A DNA stretch of 64,000 nt from Candidatus Kerfeldbacteria bacterium CG15_BIG_FIL_POST_REV_8_21_14_020_45_12 (lineage in GTDB: Bacteria > Patescibacteriota > Patescibacteriia > UBA9570 > XYC2-FULL-38-9). Where the stretch lies: assembly GCA_002781785.1 (NCBI GenBank), contig PFGC01000037.1, positions 13,589 to 77,588 of the forward strand. Reading direction: 5' to 3'. The translations under genes were made by a program, and so were the position numbers. Positions 46,778 to 56,512 of the stretch are shown here, piece after piece. Position 1 is the first letter of the stretch. The number at the start of each line of letters is the position of its first letter. A model generated the notes under the pieces. The model saw only the letters and a program-made list of their open reading frames with translations, was not told the origin of the DNA and made no database searches.

Positions 46778-49318
46778 ATGGAGGCATTTTTAGCTGGAAT
46801 AGACACATCAATGCTGATAGCGATATACGTTATAGGATCTTTGGCATTTTTGTTTTTTGTTGTTATGACGGTACGTTGGTTTGTTAGGCGTAGTTTGGAG
46901 AAGCCAAACGCCTTTCAAATGTCAGTGATGATGATTACCGTCCCGAAAGAAGGTCAAGCGGAAGATCAGCAAATGGGATTGTCATCTGATCAGGCTAAAG
47001 AGCGTATTTCAGTGGCTGAGGTTTTCTTTTCAACTTTAGGTGGAGTTAAAGCACAGCGCGGGTTAGCAGCTTGGTGGTACGGACGCAACGATCATTTTGC
47101 TTTGGAGATTGTAGCTGATCGTGAAGGTTTAGTGACTTTTTACGCAGCTGTACCAAGGTATATGCAACAGTACTTTGAGCAACAAATTCACGCGCAGTGG
47201 GAAGATGCCAAGATAGATGAAGTGGAAGATTATAATATTTTTGAACCACAAGGCGTAGTCGTTGGCTCAACCTTAAAGCTCACTAGGAGCCAGATTTTTC
47301 CGATTACGACTTACGATAAAATGGAGTCAGATCCACTTAATTCTCTGACCAACATTTTATCTCGATTTGAAAAGGAAGAGGGAGCGGCTGTGCAGATTGT
47401 TATTCGATCAGCTCGACCTGAGTGGCATAGGTTGCCCACCCAAGTCGCTAGAACCATGCAGCAAGGTAAAAGTGTGGACAGGGCTTACAGTGAAGTAACG
47501 GCAAATCTTTTTTCTAAGGTTTGGCGAGAGTTTGCCAGAGTGATCTCGCAAAAGCAAAATAAAACAGAAGCTGGAATTGATCCCCGGACAGACCGAGAGT
47601 ACCGAATCTCTCCAATGGAAGAGGAGGTAGTTAAGGCCCTAGAGGAAAAAACCAGCAAGGCCGGATTTGATGTAAATATTAGAGTGGTGGTGTCGGCGGC
47701 TAGGCAAGACGTGGCTACCTATAAACTGAATAATGTATTAAACGCTTTTACTCAGTATGCCGGCTATCAGTATGGAAATAAGTTTGTAGCTAGTAAACCG
47801 AGCACTAGTCCTGATTTGGTGAAAGATTTTATTTATCGTAATTTTGATGATAGGAAAAGTTACGTTTTGAATACAAAAGAAATGGCCTCGCTATGGCACT
47901 TGCCGTTACAGAACACCGAGACCCCTAATATTCGTTGGTTGATGTCCAAAAAATCACCACCTCCTTCAAACCTTCCAAAAGAGGGCGTTATTATTGGCGT
48001 GGTTGAATATCGCGGCAAGGAGCAGATGGTTAGAATCCAGCGAGCAGATAGAACCAGGCACATGTATATTATTGGTAAGTCTGGTTCTGGTAAGTCTGTT
48101 TTACTTACTTCAATGGTTATCCAGGATATCCAAAATGGTGAAGGCGTTGGCGTTATCGATCCGCACGGAGAATTGATTGAAGACATTTTGCCGCACATTC
48201 CAAAAGATCGCGCCGATGATGTGATTATTTTTGACCCGTCATATACTGATTATCCGATGGGTTTGAATATGCTCGAATATGAAAATGATGACCAGCGTGA
48301 TTTTGCAGTTCAAGAGATGGTCGCTATTTTCTATAAATTATTTGGAGAAGAGATGATTGGTCCGATGTTTGAGCATTACATGCGTAATGCGATGTTGGCG
48401 TTAATGGAAGATAAAGAGGCTGGCGCGACCTTGATTGAAGTCCCGCGCATGTTTACGGATGACAAGTTCCGCAAGGATAAAGTTAGCAAGGTAAAGAATT
48501 TAATCGTGAAGAATTTCTGGGAACAGGAATACGAACAGTCACAACAAGGTCAACAGGCAGCAGACATGTTGTCGTATGTTATCTCCAAGATTGGTAGGTT
48601 TTTGACTAATGACACGATGCGAAACATTATTGGTCAAAAAAAATCGGCCTTTAATTTTAAGGAGGTCATGGACAAGCAGAGTATTTTGTTAGTTAACCTG
48701 TCTAAGGGAAAAATTGGAGAAGTTAACTCATCATTGCTCGGATTAATTTGTGTCACAAAGCTGCAAATGGCAGCTATGGCCAGAGCTAGTCAGGCCAAGG
48801 CTGACCGCAAAGATTTTTATCTATACATGGATGAGTTTCAAAATTTTACTACAGATTCGATTGCAACTATTTTGTCTGAGGCACGTAAATATCGTTTGAA
48901 CTTAATCATGGCCCATCAGTATATTGGACAGCTGTCTGAAAATAACGACACTTCAATTCGAGATGCTGTTTTTGGTAATGCGGGCACGATGTTGTCTTTT
49001 AGAGTTGGTGCAGAAGATGCTGATTTCTTGGTAAAAGAGTACGCTCCAGTTTTTGATGAAAATGACATTATTAATGTTGATCAGTACACAGCTAATACGA
49101 AGCTATTGATAGATAATACAGCTTCTCGTCCATTTAATATGAAAACCATCATGCCGCCGGAGGGGGATCCTCATATGAGTGATGTGCTCAAAGAGATGGC
49201 TAAGTTAAAATATGGCAGTCCGCGGCAGGCCGTTGAAGACGATATTCGAGAGCGAGGAGCCTTAGATCGCCTTGGAAAACAAGGCCCATCGCCACTTGGG
49301 CCAGATTCGTTTATCTAG
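46778..49318 (+). CDS. Membrane-anchored FtsK/HerA-superfamily ATPase (VirB4/TraC-like, AAA_10/DUF87)
   Basis: 846 aa; N-terminal TM; Walker A YIIGKSGSGKS followed by GVIDPHGEL (HerA/VirB4 hallmark); Walker B LYMDEFQNF; HQYIGQL. Confidence 0.65.
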   Translation: MEAFLAGIDTSMLIAIYVIGSLAFLFFVVMTVRWFVRRSLEKPNAFQMSVMMITVPKEGQAEDQQMGLSSDQAKERISVAEVFFSTLGGVKAQRGLAAWWYGRNDHFALEIVADREGLVTFYAAVPRYMQQYFEQQIHAQWEDAKIDEVEDYNIFEPQGVVVGSTLKLTRSQIFPITTYDKMESDPLNSLTNILSRFEKEEGAAVQIVIRSARPEWHRLPTQVARTMQQGKSVDRAYSEVTANLFSKVWREFARVISQKQNKTEAGIDPRTDREYRISPMEEEVVKALEEKTSKAGFDVNIRVVVSAARQDVATYKLNNVLNAFTQYAGYQYGNKFVASKPSTSPDLVKDFIYRNFDDRKSYVLNTKEMASLWHLPLQNTETPNIRWLMSKKSPPPSNLPKEGVIIGVVEYRGKEQMVRIQRADRTRHMYIIGKSGSGKSVLLTSMVIQDIQNGEGVGVIDPHGELIEDILPHIPKDRADDVIIFDPSYTDYPMGLNMLEYENDDQRDFAVQEMVAIFYKLFGEEMIGPMFEHYMRNAMLALMEDKEAGATLIEVPRMFTDDKFRKDKVSKVKNLIVKNFWEQEYEQSQQGQQAADMLSYVISKIGRFLTNDTMRNIIGQKKSAFNFKEVMDKQSILLVNLSKGKIGEVNSSLLGLICVTKLQMAAMARASQAKADRKDFYLYMDEFQNFTTDSIATILSEARKYRLNLIMAHQYIGQLSENNDTSIRDAVFGNAGTMLSFRVGAEDADFLVKEYAPVFDENDIINVDQYTANTKLLIDNTASRPFNMKTIMPPEGDPHMSDVLKEMAKLKYGSPRQAVEDDIRERGALDRLGKQGPSPLGPDSFI

Positions 49319-49421
49319 GGGTTTTAAGCCTTAGTCTTGACAAATTCGGAAATCTGTGTTAATAAGAGAGGGCTTTAAGATCAATTTCGTATTTATATAC
49401 AATATATATAAAGAATTCGTT

Positions 49422-49580
49422 ATGAATCCAGAACGAGGCATTAAACCAGTTGAGCGGACCGAGCTTTCCCCCGAGGTAGAGGCTCTGCGTTTGGCTATGG
49501 TCGAGGCTACACTTGAGGCGGCGGCTGGACGTGGAAACGCCGAGGCCGGTGAGGCAGCTTGGAAAGCTGTGGCTCAATAG
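49422..49580 (+). CDS. Small hypothetical protein (52 aa)
   Basis: Internal ATG of the listed ORF; Ala/Glu-rich helical peptide. Confidence 0.25.
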   Translation: MNPERGIKPVERTELSPEVEALRLAMVEATLEAAAGRGNAEAGEAAWKAVAQ

Positions 49581-49619
49581 TTTTGATTGTGGTATAAGAA
49601 GGAGAGCAGAACAGCTACC

Positions 49620-49943
49620 ATGACAATGGACGACTTTTTTACAGACGAGCAGTGGTCGGAAGATTGGGACGAAGGTGAGGACATGATTCCCACTGACCCG
49701 CTCGAACAACTGAATAAACGGGAGCAAGATTTGTTTTTCCGAATGGTTGATTTAGTTCCAGATAACCAACGCGAAAAAGCAATTATTTATTTCATGGATC
49801 ATCCCGCAAAGATTCGCGCAGTTGTCGACAATATAAAACAGAAGCGAGAGCTCATTACCAATGGCGATAAAGAAGGACTGGCAGATCTACTGAAGAGTGA
49901 AGGGGTGGATTTTTCCAAGGTAGAGGAGCTTGAGTTGTTCTAA
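49620..49943 (+). CDS. Hypothetical acidic protein
   Basis: 107 aa; followed by the terminator GGCCC-gttct-GGGCC then TTTTT at 49961-49984. Confidence 0.3.
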   Translation: MTMDDFFTDEQWSEDWDEGEDMIPTDPLEQLNKREQDLFFRMVDLVPDNQREKAIIYFMDHPAKIRAVVDNIKQKRELITNGDKEGLADLLKSEGVDFSKVEELELF

Positions 49944-50049
49944 AGAAACTTTTTTGTATAAAAGGCCCGTTCTGGGCCTTTTTCTTTACATTTTTTCTTG
50001 GACATTGTAATATTATCCAGCTGTAATAAGAAAAGAAACAGAAAACAAA

Positions 50050-50739
50050 ATGGAAAATGATAGTCTGAGGGCTTTGGAGGATATCCATCGCCTCATTGAA
50101 GATATTGAGGGTCAATTAGCGCACCTTAAGCAACGGGTATCAGAGCTTGGGCCGGTTGATCATAATCGTTATGCAAAGGAAAAAGCGCAGGATTTTGGAA
50201 GCAGTGATGGTAATGTCACAGAGGGTGTTTTTGATGGACAAAATATGGTTGGTCCTGACGGAAAGATTTATACTATTCCAGCTAACTATGCTAGTAAGTC
50301 CAAGTTGGTTGAGGGCGATATTATGAAACTAACTATCAAGGATGATGGTACGTTTATCTATAAGCAAATTGGTCCTGTCGAGCGAAAGCGAATGACGGCG
50401 ACTTTGGTTAGAACGGATAGTGGAGGCTATAAAGCCGTGGCTAAGTCTGGCCATAGCTACAAGTTATTAACCGCTAGCGTTACCTATTATAGAGGAGAGG
50501 TCGGCAACACAGCTATTATATTGGTGCCACCAGATGGGATGTCTAACTGGGCAGCGGTTGAAAACATTGTTTCGGAAATAGAAGACGCTGATTTGTTGCT
50601 TGAACAAGGCGATAATTTGTTGGCGGACGGGCAAGAAATGCTGCTGGAGGATGGAGATGAAGAGTTATTACCACCGCCCCACGGCGAACTTTCATTCAGT
50701 GAAGAGATAGTAACTGGAGATGATGATGAAGAGGAATAA
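50050..50739 (+). CDS. Hypothetical protein with an acidic C-terminal tail
   Basis: 229 aa; followed by the hairpin CCCCCGGGATCACGGGGG then TTTTG. Confidence 0.35.
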   Translation: MENDSLRALEDIHRLIEDIEGQLAHLKQRVSELGPVDHNRYAKEKAQDFGSSDGNVTEGVFDGQNMVGPDGKIYTIPANYASKSKLVEGDIMKLTIKDDGTFIYKQIGPVERKRMTATLVRTDSGGYKAVAKSGHSYKLLTASVTYYRGEVGNTAIILVPPDGMSNWAAVENIVSEIEDADLLLEQGDNLLADGQEMLLEDGDEELLPPPHGELSFSEEIVTGDDDEEE

Positions 50740-50827
50740 GGATTAGTTTTCCCTATTTGCGTTGCTCGGGGAAAGGCGGTACACTGAAGAAAATAAATGA
50801 CAATTCACCCCCGGGATCACGGGGGTT

Positions 50828-52492
50828 TTGTATCGCATGTCTACCTCACTCTACCAAAAATATCGACCCCAGCGCTTTGCCGAATTGGTTAATCAAGCGC
50901 ATGTTAGAACAACTTTGTTAAATGAGTTAAAGCAAGGATCAACCTCTCATGCCTATCTCTTTTCTGGACCGCGCGGAGTTGGGAAAACCACTACTGCTAG
51001 ATTATTAGCGAGGGCAGTTAATTGTCAGAACCCAACGGAGGGCGAGCCCTGTAATGAATGTGATAATTGTAAGTTGATAACTTCTGGCCGGGCCTTGGAT
51101 GTTGTTGAAATAGACGCCGCTTCGCATACGGGAGTAGATAATGTCCGCGAAAATATTATTGAGAATGCACGGGTAGCGCCCTCTCAATTAGCCATGAAGG
51201 TATTTATTATTGATGAGGTGCACATGCTTTCCACCTCAGCCTTTAATGCTTTATTGAAGACCTTAGAAGAACCGCCTAAGCAGGTGATTTTTATATTGGC
51301 GACAACCGAAATCCATAAGTTGCCAGCAACGATTATTTCTCGATGTGAGCGGTTTCAGTTTCGAAAAATTGGTTACAGTGAAATGGAAGATAGATTGCGT
51401 GATCTAGCACGGAGAGAAGGCATCATGGTTGCTGATGAGGTTATCTCGGCCATTGCCAAGCAGTCAGAAGGAGCTTTGCGTGATGGTGAGAGTTTACTTG
51501 GTCAAATACTGTCTTTGGATGACAAAGAAATTTCAATGGAGTTGGCGTCCATAGTGATGCCACACACTGATCTGCGTGAGGTGCTAGGACTCTGGACTGA
51601 GCTTTTACGCGGACAACTTAGCTTGGCTATTCAACGGATAAATCGCTTGCGTGATGAGGGAGTACTTCTGACCGAGTTTACCAAGGAGTTAATAGATTTT
51701 TTGCGCAAGGTTCTATTATATAGAGTGCAGGATTCATTGTCGCCATTGGAGTATCTAGACCTTTCGAATGAAGAAGTTGCGCAGGTTGGTCAGTTAGCAG
51801 CCAAGCTGTCGCCAAAAGATATTTCGGAAATGATTGAGGTTTTCATGGCAGCACAGGAGCAGCTAAAGGATGCGAGGATTATTCAGTTACCTCTGGAGCT
51901 GGCTGCGGTAAAGTTAACAGGTGACGCCACGGATAAACCGATACCGAGCGTGGTCGTTCCAAGCCAGCCAACTAGTCCTACGGTAAAATCAGAACCGGTT
52001 AAGCATAGCGATACACCAGTAGCACCCGTTGATGTTCCAGTCGAATCTGTTAAAGAAGTTCCAGTCACTGCAGCAGATCCGATGGTTGATCAGGATTCTA
52101 AACCGTTTTCTTTGGAACAGGTATATGAAAAATGGAATGATCTACTTGAAGAGATGAAGCGATTAAACCACGCTTTACACTTGACCATGAAGGTTGGCAA
52201 GGTGGTGTCGGTTGAAGATAACCGTTTGATTATAGGTTTTGAATACCAGTTTTATCAGGACCGTCTTAATGACGCGCATAACCGACCGGTCTTAGATAAG
52301 GCTTTTGCAAATGTTTTTGGTATTCCAGTGATAGTGGAAACTGTTATTGGGTCAGAGTATGCTTTGTCATCATCTACCAATTCCTCAAATATTGCTCAAC
52401 CGAGCCCAGACGAGGTAGCTAACGTATGGGAGCTGGCTAGTAGCACTTTCGGAAATCAATTCACTCCCCAGGGCGAGGGCGATCCTCAGTAA
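50828..52492 (+). CDS. dnaX: DNA polymerase III subunit gamma/tau
   Basis: YRPQRF, GPRGVGKTT, a zinc module CxxCxxC, and SRC. Confidence 0.9.
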   Translation: MYRMSTSLYQKYRPQRFAELVNQAHVRTTLLNELKQGSTSHAYLFSGPRGVGKTTTARLLARAVNCQNPTEGEPCNECDNCKLITSGRALDVVEIDAASHTGVDNVRENIIENARVAPSQLAMKVFIIDEVHMLSTSAFNALLKTLEEPPKQVIFILATTEIHKLPATIISRCERFQFRKIGYSEMEDRLRDLARREGIMVADEVISAIAKQSEGALRDGESLLGQILSLDDKEISMELASIVMPHTDLREVLGLWTELLRGQLSLAIQRINRLRDEGVLLTEFTKELIDFLRKVLLYRVQDSLSPLEYLDLSNEEVAQVGQLAAKLSPKDISEMIEVFMAAQEQLKDARIIQLPLELAAVKLTGDATDKPIPSVVVPSQPTSPTVKSEPVKHSDTPVAPVDVPVESVKEVPVTAADPMVDQDSKPFSLEQVYEKWNDLLEEMKRLNHALHLTMKVGKVVSVEDNRLIIGFEYQFYQDRLNDAHNRPVLDKAFANVFGIPVIVETVIGSEYALSSSTNSSNIAQPSPDEVANVWELASSTFGNQFTPQGEGDPQ

Positions 52493-52617
52493 TTAAATAG
52501 CCCTATAGTAATTCGGGCAAGGTAGCCTGCTCTTGATCTTTTTCTCTAGTTTTAGTAGATTACGTGAGCAAAACATAACTTGAATAATCTGTGTTTTGTG
52601 AAAAGGTACTGATATAT

Positions 52618-52688
52618 TGGGGAGTCGCCAAGTGGTAAGGCACACGGTTCTGGTCCGTGTATCCGGGGTTCGAATCCCTGCTCCCCAG
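52618..52688 (+). tRNA. tRNA-Gln (anticodon CTG)
   Basis: U1-A72 acceptor TGGGGAG/CTCCCCA typical of tRNA-Gln, D-arm GCCAAGTGGTAAGGC, anticodon loop TTCTGGT, T-loop TTCGAAT. Confidence 0.85.
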
Positions 52689-52756
52689 CACTCATTTTCA
52701 GCGAAAAGATTGTAGTCGAAATTAAGACGCAAAATTGTAGATACCCGAATTAGTTT

Positions 52757-53836
52757 ATGATAATTTTATACATACTATTACTACTCGTTAGTTTTTATAT
52801 TCTAGCGATTGTTTGTGAAAGATATTTTGTTCAAAGTCTTCAGATAATAGGTAATAAACTACGCTTATCGGATGATGTTGTGGGAGCAACTTTAATGGCG
52901 GCTGGTAGTAGTGCGCCGGAACTTTTTACTTCGCTGATTGCCACCTTTACAATTGGAGCAGAAGATATAGGAGCAGGCACAATCGTTGGTTCGGCTATTT
53001 TTAACATTTTGATTATTATTGGCGCTTCAGCTTATGTGGCTACGGCTAAATTAAAATGGCAGCCAGTAATTAGAGATTTATTGGTTTACATTCTTGCAAT
53101 CGGGCTACTATTTTTTACATTTCGTGATGGACGTGTGACGCTCACGGAAGTTTCATTATACTTAGGGTTGTACGCTGCTTATATTATTTTACTGAGTCAG
53201 TGGAAGAGAATTACCGGTTCAGACAAAGCTTCCAATTCTCTTACGGATATTAGTGATCAAGTTGAAAATATTGAACATGACCTAGAAAAAAATAAAGTTG
53301 GGTGGAGATTTACTCTGTATGTTATTGATAATATTGTAGACAAGTTTTTTCCTGATCTAAACAAAAGGCCGCAGTTGTACGGTATTACCTTTGCAATCTC
53401 AATTGTCATAATTATTGCTCTAAGTTGGATTTTGGTGGAATCAGCCGTGGGGGTTGCTCATATACTTTCTATCCCACAAGCGATCATAGCCCTAACTATT
53501 TTGGCTGCAGGAACCTCTATTCCGGATCTTATTTCGTCTATAGTTGTGGCTAGGCAGGGTAAAAGTGATATGGCGATAAGCAATGCGACTGGTAGTAATA
53601 TTTTTGATATCTTATTTGGTTTAGGCTTGCCGTGGGCAATCTTCACATTAGTTCATGGAGAGAGTTTGGTTGTGGCAACTGAAAATATAAATTCTTCAGT
53701 AATTCTATTATTAGCCTCGGCTATAGCGATAATTGCAATTCTAATTATTGCAAGATTTAAAATTGGAAAAAAGATTGGCGTTTCCCTGATGGCTGTGTAT
53801 TTGGGTTACGTTTTGTACACAATCTATTTAATTTAA
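52757..53836 (+). CDS. Ca2+:cation antiporter (CaCA/YrbG family)
   Basis: Two alpha-repeats (GATLMAAGSSAPELF and AAGTSIPDLISS) separated by a cytoplasmic loop. Confidence 0.8.
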   Translation: MIILYILLLLVSFYILAIVCERYFVQSLQIIGNKLRLSDDVVGATLMAAGSSAPELFTSLIATFTIGAEDIGAGTIVGSAIFNILIIIGASAYVATAKLKWQPVIRDLLVYILAIGLLFFTFRDGRVTLTEVSLYLGLYAAYIILLSQWKRITGSDKASNSLTDISDQVENIEHDLEKNKVGWRFTLYVIDNIVDKFFPDLNKRPQLYGITFAISIVIIIALSWILVESAVGVAHILSIPQAIIALTILAAGTSIPDLISSIVVARQGKSDMAISNATGSNIFDILFGLGLPWAIFTLVHGESLVVATENINSSVILLLASAIAIIAILIIARFKIGKKIGVSLMAVYLGYVLYTIYLI

Positions 53837-53929
53837 TATCGTAGTTTAGTTAGTATTGCTCTGGTTTTTTATGAGCAACAGTAAAGCCTTGGTTTGGTAT
53901 TATTGCTACTTCAGTTTATACTGCCTGCT

Positions 53930-55246
53930 ATGAAAACATCATCTTACTCGCCACGCACATATGTGGCAGATATCATTATTTGGTCTTTAGCTGGAGTGGC
54001 AGTTGTGCTGTGGGCCTTGGCTCCTAGGCTCGAACCGGCCTTTAGTAGTTTTGGAAGTTCGGCCACAGCGATTGGTCAGATTTTAGGGCTGGTTGGAGTG
54101 TCTTTGTTTGCGGTTAACTTGATACTTAGTGCCCGTCTTAAATGGATTGAGTATATTTTTCAGGGGCTGAATAGAATGTATGTGCAGCACAGTCGTTACG
54201 GGCAAATTGCTTTCATGGCACTGTTGTTTCACCCTCTGCTTTTATCAATTCAATATAGCGCTGGATCATTTCTAGGAGCCGCTAAGTTTATTTTTCCAAG
54301 CAGTAATGTGGCGATGGATCTAGGAATTTTTGGTCTCGGGTCAATGATACTTTTGATTGTACTGACACTTTATCTGAGGCCGAAGTATAATTTATGGAAA
54401 TGGACCCATAAATTTTTTGGATTCTCTTTCTTCCTTGGATATTTACACGTCTTATTGATTCCAAGCACAGTTTCATCTTATCAGCCTTTACGAATCTACG
54501 TGTTGGCTCTGGCTGCCCTGGGGCTTATGGCATTTTTCTACCGTACAGTATTGGGTCGCTTTTTAGTTAGGCGCTTTCATTATTCGGTTGTGGCTGTTCA
54601 GCAACTCAATGATACTATTACGCAGGTTGTGATGAGGCCAAAAGGGCAGCGGTTGAGCTATGTGCCAGGTCAATTTTTGTTTGTTGGTTTTGAAGATCCC
54701 GCAGTTGGCTCTGAGTCCCATCCGTTTAGTATCGTGTCGTCTCCAACCGATGAAAATTTAGAGATTGCGGTAAAGAATCTCGGCGACTATACGGCTCGCT
54801 TGCCACAGTTGTCGAGTGGTTCATCGGTATATTTAGAGGGTCCGTACGGTACTTTCTTTTCATCCCTTAGAGTTTCTAATCAGCATATTTGGGTAGCCGG
54901 CGGAATTGGCATTACTCCGTTTATTAGTAAAGCCAGATCATTAGTGGGGGATAGTAGCCAAAAAGTAGATCTGTATTATTGTGTAAAAAATATTGGAGAG
55001 GCAGCCTATGTGGATGAGTTGCGACAACTAGAACAGTCTTTACAGGGACGGTTTCGTTTGTTCATATTTTGTTCAGATGTGGATGGACGAATTACTGCTG
55101 ATTACATTTCGACGACATCTGGCGGCCTGAGCGATAAAGATATTTATTTATGCGCGCCTCCGGTTATGATTCAAGCGATGAAGGGCCAATTCGTAAAGCA
55201 GGGTATTAATCCACGTAGACTTCATTCTGAAGAATTTAATTTCTGA
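53930..55246 (+). CDS. NOX/ferric-reductase-domain flavocytochrome (6 TM bis-heme + FAD + NAD(P)H)
   Basis: Two His pairs spaced 13-14 residues in TM helices (HSRYGQIAFMALLFH; HKFFGFSFFLGYLH), FAD motif HPFSI, and NAD motif GGIGITPF. Confidence 0.75.
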   Translation: MKTSSYSPRTYVADIIIWSLAGVAVVLWALAPRLEPAFSSFGSSATAIGQILGLVGVSLFAVNLILSARLKWIEYIFQGLNRMYVQHSRYGQIAFMALLFHPLLLSIQYSAGSFLGAAKFIFPSSNVAMDLGIFGLGSMILLIVLTLYLRPKYNLWKWTHKFFGFSFFLGYLHVLLIPSTVSSYQPLRIYVLALAALGLMAFFYRTVLGRFLVRRFHYSVVAVQQLNDTITQVVMRPKGQRLSYVPGQFLFVGFEDPAVGSESHPFSIVSSPTDENLEIAVKNLGDYTARLPQLSSGSSVYLEGPYGTFFSSLRVSNQHIWVAGGIGITPFISKARSLVGDSSQKVDLYYCVKNIGEAAYVDELRQLEQSLQGRFRLFIFCSDVDGRITADYISTTSGGLSDKDIYLCAPPVMIQAMKGQFVKQGINPRRLHSEEFNF

Positions 55247-55248
55247 TT

Positions 55249-55905
55249 ATGAAAAAAATTACTTTAGTTGCACTAGTAATTTTTACCATTATCGTTGTCG
55301 GTGTGGGTATTTTGGGGGTTTTGTTTCCTCCAGTTAAATCAAATACCGTGCCTAGTAAGTCTGCCAATGTAAATGGGGTCAATCAGGGTGCGACGACTCA
55401 GTCCGAAACGGCTGGTATTTCTAAAACAGAAATTTCCAAGCACTCAACCGCTAGTGATTGTTATTTGTTGATTAATGGTAATGTGTATGACGTTTCTGCT
55501 TACATCGGAGTTCATCCAGGTGGTAGCAGTAGTATTACCTCACGTTGCGGAGGTGAGGTGACTAGCATTTTTACAGCGATACATTCTAATTTCGCGTGGA
55601 ACCTGTTGGGCAAGTATTATATTGGACCTCTTGAGACAACAGTAGCTACTGGATCGACTGCAGACACAGGCACTTCTGCACAAGATGTTTTTACAGTAAT
55701 TCAGACAGCGTTGTTGGATAAATATCCAAACGCGGAAATAATCGCGACCAAGCCCTCTAAGAGTTATTATGTATCAAAGTTAATTTATCAGGGGACTTTG
55801 TATGAGGTGCACACAGATGCATTGGGCACTGTCTTGGGTGAGGAGGTGCAAGACGACGAGAACGACTGGACCATTTGGGATACTGACGCTGACGATCTGG
55901 AATAG
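55249..55905 (+). CDS. Membrane-anchored cytochrome b5-like heme-binding domain protein
   Basis: N-terminal TM, then YDVSAYIGVHPGG (cytochrome b5 HPGG motif), then a C-terminal domain. Confidence 0.6.
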   Translation: MKKITLVALVIFTIIVVGVGILGVLFPPVKSNTVPSKSANVNGVNQGATTQSETAGISKTEISKHSTASDCYLLINGNVYDVSAYIGVHPGGSSSITSRCGGEVTSIFTAIHSNFAWNLLGKYYIGPLETTVATGSTADTGTSAQDVFTVIQTALLDKYPNAEIIATKPSKSYYVSKLIYQGTLYEVHTDALGTVLGEEVQDDENDWTIWDTDADDLE

Positions 55906-55918
55906 GCCGCTCTGAGTC

Positions 55919-56428
55919 TTGCAAAATTATTTTTTCCAGAAAATGGATATCATAAAATATATTATCGGATACGTTTTCATCACCGCCTTGATTGTTGGAT
56001 TGATAGCTGTATTTTTTATGGCTATCGCTGCAGCATTTTATGGTTTCTTTGCGATAATTTGGGGATCGGTGTCAGGTTTGCTTTGGATGTTCCGTAAACC
56101 AAAAAAGCCAACCCATGTTTGCCAAATGTGTTGGTCGGTTGAGTCTTTTGATGATCCTACTAGTGCGACTTACGGATGTGGTTTTTGCAACTCTGAACTA
56201 GCTGCGCAATCTTTCTATATACCGGCTGATGTGTTTTTTCAAAATAATTCTGAGTCTGATTTGGAAGAAAAAATTGTCGAACAGATAGTCAAAATCAAGG
56301 ATGTCTCTAAGGAAACTTATCCGAATCATAGAGCTGCTACCCATGCCAAGTTTCATCGAAAGAACGGACTGAAAAGATTGAATAATTTACTGAAAATTAG
56401 CCGGAGATATTATCCGGGCAAGCCTTAG
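55919..56428 (+). CDS. Hypothetical membrane protein with a zinc ribbon (CxxC...CxxC)
   Basis: 2 TM N-terminus, then CQMCW...CGFC. Confidence 0.35.
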   Translation: MQNYFFQKMDIIKYIIGYVFITALIVGLIAVFFMAIAAAFYGFFAIIWGSVSGLLWMFRKPKKPTHVCQMCWSVESFDDPTSATYGCGFCNSELAAQSFYIPADVFFQNNSESDLEEKIVEQIVKIKDVSKETYPNHRAATHAKFHRKNGLKRLNNLLKISRRYYPGKP

Positions 56429-56512
56429 ATGTGAAAACTTGACTTAGTTGCTTATAAAAGTAATAGTAGTAGGTAATTGGTCCCGTAAATACATCAAAAT
56501 TAAGATAAAAAA

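Noticed and set aside
52493-52732. 79-aa minus-strand ORF
   Set aside because: It overlaps tRNA-Gln on the opposite strand and has a Cys/Trp/Arg-rich odd composition; spurious.
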